From Blastocatellia bacterium (GTDB lineage: Bacteria; Acidobacteriota; Blastocatellia; UBA7656): a stretch of 64,000 nt of DNA. A program made the position numbers and the translations under genes. This document shows positions 49,523 through 58,021 of this stretch, in pieces (within the stretch, counting starts at the first letter, position 1; every line of letters begins with the position of its first letter). The notes beneath the pieces were generated by a model, which was not told the DNA's origin, searched no databases, and saw nothing but the letters and a program-made list of their open reading frames with translations. The stretch spans positions 19,034-83,033 of the forward strand of contig DASRIZ010000243.1 of assembly GCA_035649735.1 (NCBI GenBank). The letters run 5' to 3'.

Positions 49523-50860
49523 ATGTCTCCGGCAGAGAAAGTTATGAGTGAGACAACGGAACAACCGGGTGACGCAACGCCAAAGGCAAGCTTAAGAATA
49601 AGACTGCAAGCCGGGCTAACAACGCCAGCGGCAAAGCGGTTTGGCCTTGGTTTGGTTGTCTGCGTGGCTCTGGTTGCCGGCTTCTCAGCTTTAAAGGCCG
49701 GCGCTTTCTCGGCCGTTGTGCCCAGAAGCTCGACCGCCGATGAGATCGTTATCGCGGCCCGCTCTATGAGTTTTTGGGTTGATGCAACGGGTACGCTGCG
49801 CGCTTCGTCTGTCCGTAACTTCAGCACACCTCCGCCGTTTGGCGAATACTGGCAATTTCAAATAGTGAGCCTGGCTCCTGAGGGCGGCAATGTAAAAGCC
49901 GGCGATGCTCTGATCAACTTCGATGCCCAGAAGGTGCGCGAGGATCTGCAACGCTATCAGAGCGAGCTCGATCAGGCTAACAAGGAATTGGAGAAGATGA
50001 AGGTTTCGATCGACCTCGAACGCCAGGAGCTTTCGGCGAAGCTTGCCGCCGCGGAGAACAAATACGAGAAGACGAAGTTGAAGCAGGGGGCGGGAGCGGA
50101 CATCGAGGCTTCCAACGTAATTGAAAAGGACAATCTGGCTGTCGAACAGGCAAGGCGGGAAGTGGAAGCGCTAAAGGAACGAATGGAGTGGCACAAAAAG
50201 GCTAGCGACGCTTCCTATAACATCATTGGCACTAGAAAAGCGCGTGCCGAAAACCGTGTAAACGCGATCCAGCGAGGGATGGAAGGTTTTCAAGCCAAGT
50301 CCGATCGCGAGGGCGTGGTCGTCTACAAGGTCAAGTGGAATGGCGAGCGCTTCCGTGTCGGCGAAACGGTCTGGTCAGGCATGCCGATCATTGAGATTCC
50401 CGAGTTGAGCACAATTCTCGGCGAAGCCCTTGTCCCAGAAGTCGACATTGGTAAGGTCAGGATCGGTCAGCACGCCGAAGTGTCAATCGATGCGTTCCCT
50501 GGCCGATCGTTCGCAGGATCGGTGAAGAGCATCGGCACGCTCGTGCGGCCAAAGGCGTGGGACATCCCGAATAAAGTGCTCGACGTGCAGATCGCGCTGG
50601 ATCAGCTCGACGTCACCGTTATGCGGCCTGCGATGAGCATCCGGTTGAAAATCGAAACCAATTCGGTCACCGAGTGCTTCGCGGTTCCGCTCAAAGCGGT
50701 GCTCACGACCGCCGAAGGCGCGGTGGTCAAAGTAAAGTCCGACACCGGGTGGCGGACACAAAAGGTAAAACTGGGCGAATCGAATGGCACCGACATCATT
50801 GTGTCCGAAGGGCTTATGGTCGGAGATCGTGTTGCCGCCGATTTTTTGAAGGCCCGCTGA
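49523..50860 (+). CDS. HlyD-family periplasmic adaptor, paralog 2
   Basis: 445 aa. TM segment, coiled coil (QSELDQANKELEKMK..), and a C-terminal barrel similar to paralogs 1 and 3. Confidence 0.8.
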   Translation: MSPAEKVMSETTEQPGDATPKASLRIRLQAGLTTPAAKRFGLGLVVCVALVAGFSALKAGAFSAVVPRSSTADEIVIAARSMSFWVDATGTLRASSVRNFSTPPPFGEYWQFQIVSLAPEGGNVKAGDALINFDAQKVREDLQRYQSELDQANKELEKMKVSIDLERQELSAKLAAAENKYEKTKLKQGAGADIEASNVIEKDNLAVEQARREVEALKERMEWHKKASDASYNIIGTRKARAENRVNAIQRGMEGFQAKSDREGVVVYKVKWNGERFRVGETVWSGMPIIEIPELSTILGEALVPEVDIGKVRIGQHAEVSIDAFPGRSFAGSVKSIGTLVRPKAWDIPNKVLDVQIALDQLDVTVMRPAMSIRLKIETNSVTECFAVPLKAVLTTAEGAVVKVKSDTGWRTQKVKLGESNGTDIIVSEGLMVGDRVAADFLKAR

Positions 50861-50861
50861 T

Positions 50862-50939
50862 ACGTAGCGTAGACTGTCCAGTCTGCGCAGAGTTCAGGGG
50901 GCGAGCTCCTGCGCGCAGACTGGACAGTCTACGCTACGG
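50862..50939. repeat. Near-perfect 26-28-bp inverted repeat between adaptor genes 2 and 3
   Basis: CGTAGCGTAGACTGTCCAGTCTGCGC (50863-50888) is the exact reverse complement of 50913-50938. Loop of about 18-24 nt. Confidence 0.9.
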
Positions 50940-50946
50940 TAGAAGA

Positions 50947-52242
50947 ATGAAACGCTCATACAAACTCATTCGTCGAACAGTTCTGGCAGCGGTTGTAGTA
51001 CTGGCTACTTCCGGGGCGTTGTTTGGCGGGTATCGCGCCCTGACAGGCTCGGCGCCGGATGTAAGACCGCTGAGTGTGATGCTCCAACCCCAGGATTTCA
51101 CACTTAAGATCTCCGCTAACGGCGAACTGCAGTCAGTCGAGTCGATTGCGGTGGCGGTGCCTCCGGTGCCCGTGCAGCGGCTGCGGATTGGTTGGGCGGT
51201 GCCGGACGGGACTCACGTCAAGAAGGGCGATGTGCTGATCGAATTCGACGCGGATGAATTGAACCTCGAGGTCATGGCGCACCGCTCGGATCTGCAGATG
51301 GCGCTGGAAAAGTTAAATCGCGGCGGGTTGGCCAGTAGTGTTGAGCAGACCGACATTGTTAAAGACAAACGACTCGCCGAACTCGAACTCGAGAAGATCA
51401 TCGAGTTCCTCCCTCAGGACGAGCAGATCTACAAACGGCGCGAAATAATCGAAGGCCAGCTCGACAAGGAATACACTGAAAAGAAGATCGTATTTGCCGA
51501 AGCGCGCCTCGGGCTAAAAGGGAAAGTCTACTCATTGGACGAAGCGATTCTCATGCTCGAACGCGGTCGGGTCACCGCCAACATCGATCGTTACGAGAAA
51601 GCGCTGGCATCCCTCAAACTGGTTTCGCCGGCAAACGGCATCGTGGTCTATAACGACCCCGGGTACTTTTTCGGCGGCTACTCGCTGATGCCCGGCAGAG
51701 TGGTATACGTCGGTATGACCCTGTTCAACCTGGTGAACCCGGACAAGATGGAAGCCAAGTGCTTTGTGCTTGAAAAGGATGCCGGCGAGTTGAAGGCTGA
51801 GCAGACCGTCACGCTCACGCTCGATCCTTATCCCGATGTTGAATTCACCGGCAAGGTCAAGAGCATCGACAAACTCGCCCGTCCGATCGATCGCGAGTCT
51901 CCGGTCAAATACTTCCAAACCATCGTCGCGATCGACAAGACTGACGCCGGACTGATGAAACCGGGCGTCAAGCTCAAAGCTCGGATCCTCGCCGGTGAAC
52001 TGAAAGCGGTGATCGTCATACCACGCAGCGCGGCGGTCAAGAGAGATTCCGGATTCGTTGCCTTTGTTCAAAAGGGACCTCAGTTCGAGGCGTTGCCTGT
52101 AACTTTGGGCCAGGGCGACGCGGCGCAGGTTGTTGTTACAGAAGGTCTTGAGCGCGGTCAGGTGGTTGCGCTCAATCCGCCGGATTTGAAACAGGATTTT
52201 TCTCACAAAGCAAAAAAGTCGGAAGGCGAGAAACCGAAGTAG
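50947..52242 (+). CDS. HlyD-family periplasmic adaptor, paralog 3
   Basis: Start at ATG 50947 (MKRSYKLIRRTVLAAVVVLATSG). The track ORF extends upstream through the inverted repeat, which is unlikely to be coding. 431 aa. Confidence 0.8.
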   Translation: MKRSYKLIRRTVLAAVVVLATSGALFGGYRALTGSAPDVRPLSVMLQPQDFTLKISANGELQSVESIAVAVPPVPVQRLRIGWAVPDGTHVKKGDVLIEFDADELNLEVMAHRSDLQMALEKLNRGGLASSVEQTDIVKDKRLAELELEKIIEFLPQDEQIYKRREIIEGQLDKEYTEKKIVFAEARLGLKGKVYSLDEAILMLERGRVTANIDRYEKALASLKLVSPANGIVVYNDPGYFFGGYSLMPGRVVYVGMTLFNLVNPDKMEAKCFVLEKDAGELKAEQTVTLTLDPYPDVEFTGKVKSIDKLARPIDRESPVKYFQTIVAIDKTDAGLMKPGVKLKARILAGELKAVIVIPRSAAVKRDSGFVAFVQKGPQFEALPVTLGQGDAAQVVVTEGLERGQVVALNPPDLKQDFSHKAKKSEGEKPK

Positions 52243-52258
52243 CAGTACGCTGAAGACC

Positions 52259-53497
52259 ATGAATTACGCAACCGAACTCCAACTCGCTGTAGCGAATCTT
52301 CGGGCTCACAAGCTTCGTTCGTTCCTGACGATGCTCGGGATGATCTTCGGAGTTGGCGCGGTGATTGCGATGCTCTCGATAGGCGCGGGCGCCGAACAGG
52401 AGAGCCTGCGTCTGATCGATACGATGGGATTGCGCAATATTATCGCCAAAGATCGCGAGTTCAAGGACGAAGATCTAAAAAAGGTCCGAGAGAGTTCACT
52501 GGGCCTCTCGACCCGCGACATACAGGCCATATCGGCGGTGACTCCGGACATCGAAAGTTATGCCGCAAAGAAGCGAGTGAAGACGTTTCAGGTTTTCTCC
52601 TTCAAGGGCAAGAGCGACGATTCGTTTGTTGTCGGAGTGACGCCTTCCTACTTCCGGCTTGCTAAGCACAAGCTGGCCGAAGGAAGTTTTTTCGCCGAGC
52701 CGGATGAAAGGGATTTCGAACAGTTTTGCGTGATAGGGTCGCGGGTCAAACAAAAGCTCTTTGGTTATCTATCACCTATCGGTCAGTCAATAAAGATCGA
52801 CAAAATGTGGTTCACGGTGATCGGGGTTTTCGAAGACTCAAACCTCGCAAAGGACGAGTTCGAGGGCGTCAAGATACAGGACTTCAGCAATGACATTTAC
52901 ATCCCGCTGGCGACGGCGCTCAAAAAGTTCGAGCTCAAGCGAATGGAGTCCGAGCTCGATGAAATTATCGTGAGCATGAAGAGCCCCGAAGCGTTGAAGC
53001 CAAGCGCGGTGCTGATCAACGAAGTGCTTACGAACATGCACGGCAAGGCTGAAGACTTCTCGATCATAGTGCCGCGCGAATTGTTTGAGCAGAACCAGCA
53101 GACGCGACGCATCTTCGACATCGTTATGAGCTGCATAGCCGGGATCTCTTTGCTTGTGGGCGGGATCGGTATCATGAACATCATGCTGGCGAGCATCCTT
53201 GAGCGCACTCGCGAGATTGGCGTCCGGCGCGCGGTCGGCGCCCGGCGACGCGATATATGGAAGCAGTTTTTGGTTGAGGCGCTGGCGTTGAGTCTGCTGG
53301 GGGGAATCACCGGCATAGTGTTTGGGTTCGGAGTGTCCCGGATTGTTGCTCTCTATGCCGAGTGGAGCACCGTGGTAACCGGTACGTCCATCGCACTGTC
53401 GTTTGGCGTGTCGGCGGCTGTTGGCTTGATCTTTGGGATATACCCGGCCGTCCGGGCTTCCGGGCTGGATCCGGTCGAAGCCCTGCGGTATGAGTAG
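52259..53497 (+). CDS. MacB/FtsX-type ABC transporter permease (no ATPase domain)
   Basis: 412 aa. N-terminal TM, a large periplasmic domain, then three C-terminal TMs with ERTREIGVRRAVGARRRDI. Confidence 0.88.
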   Translation: MNYATELQLAVANLRAHKLRSFLTMLGMIFGVGAVIAMLSIGAGAEQESLRLIDTMGLRNIIAKDREFKDEDLKKVRESSLGLSTRDIQAISAVTPDIESYAAKKRVKTFQVFSFKGKSDDSFVVGVTPSYFRLAKHKLAEGSFFAEPDERDFEQFCVIGSRVKQKLFGYLSPIGQSIKIDKMWFTVIGVFEDSNLAKDEFEGVKIQDFSNDIYIPLATALKKFELKRMESELDEIIVSMKSPEALKPSAVLINEVLTNMHGKAEDFSIIVPRELFEQNQQTRRIFDIVMSCIAGISLLVGGIGIMNIMLASILERTREIGVRRAVGARRRDIWKQFLVEALALSLLGGITGIVFGFGVSRIVALYAEWSTVVTGTSIALSFGVSAAVGLIFGIYPAVRASGLDPVEALRYE

Positions 53498-53510
53498 AGC
53501 GTTTTTTTTT

Positions 53511-53600
53511 GCGTCTCTGCGGTCCCTGGCGTCTTTGCGATAAACAAAAAACTTAAAAGTGTGGTTTCGCAAACACGCAAAGTGCCGCTAAGACGCAAAG
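53511..53600. repeat. Imperfect hairpin of the GCGTCTT-AGCGG-CTTTGCG family; probable terminator after the permease gene
   Basis: GCGTCTCTGCGGTCCCTGGCGTCTTTGCGATAAAC faces GTTTCGCAAACACGCAAAGTGCCGCTAAGACGCAAAG. Related to 38104-38139 in the opposite orientation. Confidence 0.7.
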
Positions 53601-53607
53601 AATTTTG

Positions 53608-53636
53608 TTGACACAAAAACGAGTCTCGTTTAGATT
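53608..53636 (+). promoter_or_regulatory. Putative sigma-70-type promoter of an orphan short transcription unit
   Basis: TTGACA (53608-53613), a 17-nt spacer, then TAGATT (53631-53636). Confidence 0.5.
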
Positions 53637-53715
53637 CAGACCTTCGCAAGCGGTAGATTAATCGGAACCTGCGCGAAAGTTCGCGCGTAGAAGGTACGTC
53701 AGGCGAGCAAATTTG

Positions 53716-53850
53716 ATGATGCAAGAAAACAACAAACAAACGATTGAAGCCATCGGCGTGGCGCTTTGGAGCGCCCACCTCGAGCAGGTCTGTCCGACTG
53801 GCTTCAAGCCGTTCTTTGTTATGGACCAAACTGCTCGTACAGGACCCTAG
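53716..53850 (+). CDS. Possible 44-aa ORF inside the orphan unit
   Basis: MMQENNKQTIEAIGVALWSAHLEQVCPTGFKPFFVMDQTARTGP. Only a weak GGCGAG upstream. The unit could equally be a non-coding RNA. Confidence 0.25.
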   Translation: MMQENNKQTIEAIGVALWSAHLEQVCPTGFKPFFVMDQTARTGP

Positions 53851-53874
53851 CAATTCATAAGCATCAAGCCCGCC

Positions 53875-53916
53875 AGCCGCCAGCGTCAGTTTGATGCTGG
53901 CGGCTTTTGATTTTTT
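53875..53916 (+). terminator. Intrinsic terminator
   Basis: AGCCGCCAGC (53875-53884) pairs with GCTGGCGGCT (53896-53905), followed by TTTTGATTTTTT. The tandem CGCCAGC and a GCATCAA/TTGATGC pair allow alternative pairings. Confidence 0.7.
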
Positions 53917-54069
53917 GGGCCGCTTTCAAACCGGTTCGGAACATTTGCAGATTGCAGCGGTCAGTGCCCGCGACCGCCGACAACAGCTTCGATGCTGAAG
54001 CTTCGAAAGAGCTCGGCTCGATTGAGAAATGCAGCCGAAAGCCGAGCTCTGACTATCCCGGAGAAAACC

Positions 54070-55434
54070 ATGAAGTCCGTTAGTTACAGCGAGCTGCTTA
54101 AGGGCAACAAGAACTTTCGAAGACTATGGGCCGGTCAGGTGATAAGCGAGCTGGGCACCTGGTTTTCGTTTATCGCCGAGCTCGGGCTGGTGCGGATGCT
54201 GTCGGGTTCGGCACTGACGACCACGGCCCTGCTCGTAGCGAGATTGCTGCCGTTCTTGCTTGCAGCCCCGATCGCCGGTGTTTTTGCAGACCGTCGATCG
54301 CGCAAGCACATAATGATCGCGGCCGACCTGATGCGTGGGGTTATTGCCTTGGCATATGTCGTCGCCGGAGCTATCGGATCTGCCTGGATGGTAGTAGCGT
54401 GCAGCGCCGTGACCGCCTCGTTAACGATGTTTTTCGAAGGCGCTAAGAATGCGTCCATCCCCAACCTGGTAGCGCCGCGCGAGCTCTTGACTGCAAACGT
54501 GCTGATGTTCTCGACCCGGTTTCTGCAGTATACGCTGGGCTCGGCGATCGGGGGATTGACGGCCGCTCAGTTCGGCTACAACGCGGCGTTTATTGTCAAT
54601 GCGCTGTCGTTTATCGGCTCGGCGCTTTTCATCTTCCCGATACCGGACAGCGCGACTCGCCAGGCGCACGATGTGCCGGTGGAAGCGCAACCTGGCGGTC
54701 CAATGTCCGCCGAGGCTGCGACGATCACCCCGATCTCCGGGAGCGAGCAACCGCTCGAAGTCGCAAAGAACGGTTTCTTCGCGGATCTCCGCGAAGGGCT
54801 GCGGTACATCTGGAGAACGCCGTTTGTGCGGGCGGTGATTCTTGTAAACATCGGCTGGGGGACCGGTGGGGGAATGACGACCATTCTATTCGATCAAATC
54901 GGCGGGCACTTGTTCGCGCAGGACTCACCGAAGAACGGAGATTGGTTCGTAGCCGCGCTGTTCACCGCGGGCGGCGCGGGCGTCTTCGTTGGAATGATGC
55001 TAACCCGTCGCGTCGGTTTGTGGATTTCGGATGAGCGGCGGGCGGGTCTGTTCATTGGCTGGGCATTGCTGGCTCACGGGCTGCTCTTTTCGGTTGCCGG
55101 GTTGATGCCCACTCTCGCGTCGATGGCGGTGTGGGTCGGGCTCAGCCGGTTAGTGCTTGGAGTCGAATTCGGGTTCCAGGAAACGCTGATGATGCGCACA
55201 CTGCCCGATGATTATCGCGGCAGGGTATTTACAACAGACCGGTCGTTGGAGCTTGCGACGATGGCGATTTCAACGATCGTGACCGGCTGGTTGCTGACGT
55301 GGTTCGGCCCGCGCTCGTTGATGATCGCGTCCGGATTGCTTTCGGCAGGTCCGGGAGTGATATGGCTGCTGGCTTTGTGGCTCGCGCGGTTCAAGGTGCC
55401 GGCGCGCGCTGTGCGTGAGAGCTACGGAGACTAG
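54070..55434 (+). CDS. MFS transporter (EntS/MFS_3-like)
   Basis: ATG 54070 lies 6 nt after GGAGA. FRRLWAGQVISELGTWF opening, about 12 TM segments. The track ORF starts earlier, at 53992. Confidence 0.85.
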   Translation: MKSVSYSELLKGNKNFRRLWAGQVISELGTWFSFIAELGLVRMLSGSALTTTALLVARLLPFLLAAPIAGVFADRRSRKHIMIAADLMRGVIALAYVVAGAIGSAWMVVACSAVTASLTMFFEGAKNASIPNLVAPRELLTANVLMFSTRFLQYTLGSAIGGLTAAQFGYNAAFIVNALSFIGSALFIFPIPDSATRQAHDVPVEAQPGGPMSAEAATITPISGSEQPLEVAKNGFFADLREGLRYIWRTPFVRAVILVNIGWGTGGGMTTILFDQIGGHLFAQDSPKNGDWFVAALFTAGGAGVFVGMMLTRRVGLWISDERRAGLFIGWALLAHGLLFSVAGLMPTLASMAVWVGLSRLVLGVEFGFQETLMMRTLPDDYRGRVFTTDRSLELATMAISTIVTGWLLTWFGPRSLMIASGLLSAGPGVIWLLALWLARFKVPARAVRESYGD

Positions 55435-55442
55435 CGAAGACG

Positions 55443-55694
55443 ATGATGGGGAACGCAGAGACGGCGATGAATCTGATTGGATTGATTCTAATAGCGGCGC
55501 TGAGCGGCGGCATAGTCGCCGTCTCGCTGCGTCTCCGCGCGTCCGCCTCGTCTGGTCGTTTGCGGCTCGACGGCGAACGCCCGCACGAAGATGATCGGAA
55601 TACGAGCGGCCGTTCCGAATGGCTTCAGGATGCGTTCGGCCTCAAAAGCGAAGCCGGAATCTATCGAGCGGTAAAGGATCAGATTGGGCGCTGA
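55443..55694 (+). CDS. Hypothetical small membrane protein
   Basis: 83 aa. One TM (LIGLILIAALSGGIVAVSL). Starts 8 nt after the MFS stop and is followed by a strong terminator. Confidence 0.35.
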   Translation: MMGNAETAMNLIGLILIAALSGGIVAVSLRLRASASSGRLRLDGERPHEDDRNTSGRSEWLQDAFGLKSEAGIYRAVKDQIGR

Positions 55695-55715
55695 TTGGGA
55701 AAAGTCAGGATAGAC

Positions 55716-55751
55716 AAAAGGGCCGCCGGCTTAACGTCCGGCGGCCCTTTT
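55716..55751. terminator. Bidirectional intrinsic terminator
   Basis: AAAA-GGGCCGCCGG-CTTAACGT-CCGGCGGCCC-TTTT, between convergent genes. Confidence 0.75.
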
Positions 55752-55778
55752 GATTAGTTGGATCAAGGAGCGGCTCTT

Positions 55779-57872
55779 TTAGTCGCCAAATCCCGCCGGC
55801 GTAACCTCCGGCTGAGGCTTTGAACTCTTCAGCTGAATCTGAACGATCTGAGCTTCCGGCGACGCCGGTTCCTTCAGAACATGCTGTCTGTAGAGCTTGG
55901 CCATTCGGTCATTCTCCTGCTGTTCCTTGATTCGATCACGCTGTTTTCGAAGCTTCTCTTCGCGCGAAGTCTTTGCGATGCCGAGATCGTCGAGATCGTG
56001 TTGAATCTCTTTAGTAACAAGCGCCTCGTTGAGCACCAGGTTGTGTGCAGCGTTTTCCAACGCGACCGACTTGCCGCCCGCAAAGATCTCGTGTCGCCCG
56101 TGTTCTTCGTACCACTTTGTGAGCGTCGCGGTCATATGCATTTTCTCGATGATATTGCGCCAGCCCACCCCGGTGTTGTAAGCGCAGAACGAAATCTCGC
56201 CTTCCTGGGTCGCATACGGGATGATGCACTGCTCAGTGCGGCGGAAGTCATAGTTGAACAGATCCTGGAACCACATCCCGGCGATAAACAGAAAGTTCCA
56301 GCGGTCCGCGCGTCGCCTCTCGACGTCTTCGATAGTGCGGTCGCCGGAAACCTTGCCGTAGTCCTTGCCCGTCGCGCCGAAGGTCTTGTCGAATTTCTTC
56401 AGCAAATCAACGAGCTTGAAGTGAGTCGGCGCCTTGAACGGATCGTAATTCTTCATTAGCGCAAGGGCCATTCCTACGATCGACAACTTCTTGCCGCGCG
56501 CGGCGTCGTTGACTTTCATTATATCCTTGGCCAGTTGCTCGGCGTGCAGGAACGCGGTGACCGGCGCCGCTTCTTTGGTCTCTTTGTCGATCATCACCGC
56601 CATGCCGATTCCGCAGTTTGGATGACACCCGCAGTTGAGCTGGCCCCAATCGTTCTGCGGCCCGTGAACCAGATCGGCCCAATCGGTAAACGTCGCCATG
56701 AACGAAATCGGGAACCAGTCCCGAATCGGCTCGCCCAGCCCGGTCTGAGTCTTCACATCATGAGCCATGTGCGAGAGGGTGTATCGTTGTGCTTGCCGGC
56801 GCTCGTCGGTTATCTCTTCGTCGCGCCCGGTGAACGACACCGGCTGAAACGAGAGAAAGTTGATCTTCTTCGGGTTGTCGAGCGCGAACTGAATGATGCG
56901 GCCCACTTGTTCGTTGTTGATGCCGTTGATAATCGTGGTGACCGGGACGATATCCACACCGGCGTTGTGCAGATTCTCGATCGCGCGGAGTTTTACGTCA
57001 AAAAGGTTGCCGACCTTTCGGTGTTCATTTGCGGCATTGCCGATTCCATCGAATTGCAAATAAGCGAAACGCAGCCCGGCTTCCGCTGCTTGTTTGCAGA
57101 ACTCGGGACTCTTGGCAAACTCGATGCCGTTGGTTGCGGCCTGAACGCTGTTGTAGCCGACCTCGCGAGCATATCGAACGGCATCCAGAAAGAACGGGGA
57201 CATGGTCGGCTCGCCGCCCGAGAACTGAACCGACATCTGGCGGCGAGGTTTTATGGAAATCGCGTTGTCCAGCAGTGTCTTGATGTCCTCCCAGGTGAGC
57301 TCGTGAACGAATCCGACCTGGTTGGCGTCCATGAAACAAGGATCGCACATCATATTGCACCGGTTGGTGAGATCGATGGTCAACACCGAGCCGCGCCCGT
57401 GCTTGATTGTGCTTGTTCCGTGTTTGTGAAGTTTTTCGTCGTTGTGCGCGCGAATATCTCGCCCGGGAAAGACCTCTTCAAGGTGTTTGAAAAACTCGGG
57501 GTCATTCGACATTACATCTTCAAAGTGACCATGTTTCTCGCAATCCTTGACCATCAGAATTTTGCCGTCGCGCTCGATTATCTGAGCCTTGATTTCGCCG
57601 ACCTTTTCGTTGAGCAATATTTCGTGAGGCAGCTTTCCGTCGACGATCTGCTGGCGTATTTCAGGAATGCATTTCGGGCACAATGAATCAGTGGTCCGCG
57701 GCCAGCCAAGTGGCGGTTTCGTCTTCTGATAAGACTTCAACAGCGGCTTATCAGACCATCTCGGCGTGAAGGAAGGGTTAGGTTTGATGCGGTTGAGCCG
57801 TTCGAAAACTGCCCATCCGCCGCGCGCGATATAAGTCAATCCCTTCTCCGCGTACTTCACAGGTTTATGCAT
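55779..57872 (-). CDS. Radical SAM protein, tetraether lipid synthase (Tes / GDGT-MAS)-like
   Basis: 697 aa. N-terminal CPKC...CEKHGH metal site, CNMMCDPC radical SAM motif, SVQFSGGEPT, LQFDG, SFQPVSFTGR, CGCHPNC, and C-terminal FQDLFNYDFRRTEQCIIPYATQEGEISFCAYNTG. The order and spelling of these blocks match my memory of Methanocaldococcus MJ0619-type proteins. AGGAGA RBS. Confidence 0.75.
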   Translation of the reverse strand: MHKPVKYAEKGLTYIARGGWAVFERLNRIKPNPSFTPRWSDKPLLKSYQKTKPPLGWPRTTDSLCPKCIPEIRQQIVDGKLPHEILLNEKVGEIKAQIIERDGKILMVKDCEKHGHFEDVMSNDPEFFKHLEEVFPGRDIRAHNDEKLHKHGTSTIKHGRGSVLTIDLTNRCNMMCDPCFMDANQVGFVHELTWEDIKTLLDNAISIKPRRQMSVQFSGGEPTMSPFFLDAVRYAREVGYNSVQAATNGIEFAKSPEFCKQAAEAGLRFAYLQFDGIGNAANEHRKVGNLFDVKLRAIENLHNAGVDIVPVTTIINGINNEQVGRIIQFALDNPKKINFLSFQPVSFTGRDEEITDERRQAQRYTLSHMAHDVKTQTGLGEPIRDWFPISFMATFTDWADLVHGPQNDWGQLNCGCHPNCGIGMAVMIDKETKEAAPVTAFLHAEQLAKDIMKVNDAARGKKLSIVGMALALMKNYDPFKAPTHFKLVDLLKKFDKTFGATGKDYGKVSGDRTIEDVERRRADRWNFLFIAGMWFQDLFNYDFRRTEQCIIPYATQEGEISFCAYNTGVGWRNIIEKMHMTATLTKWYEEHGRHEIFAGGKSVALENAAHNLVLNEALVTKEIQHDLDDLGIAKTSREEKLRKQRDRIKEQQENDRMAKLYRQHVLKEPASPEAQIVQIQLKSSKPQPEVTPAGFGD

Positions 57873-58021
57873 TTGTCTTTTCTCCTCGTGTGCGAAGCTT
57901 CATAGAATCCCACCACCTCGCAAACATTGTTGTTCATTTGCGCCGCATATGCCGGCGGTTGTTTCATTGCTTTGAATGCCCGGAGTGCTCAACCGGGCCA
58001 CCTATAAAAATCAACCTTCGG

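Noticed and set aside
50674-50946. N-terminal 91-codon extension of the third adaptor ORF (track start 50674).
   Set aside because: The extension overlaps the end of adaptor 2 in another frame and reads through the 26-bp inverted repeat. The signal-anchor sequence begins at ATG 50947.
53353-53853. 166-aa minus-strand ORF across the permease 3' end and the orphan unit.
   Set aside because: It overlaps the permease coding end, a hairpin repeat, and a plus-strand promoter/terminator pair. It has no RBS or motif.
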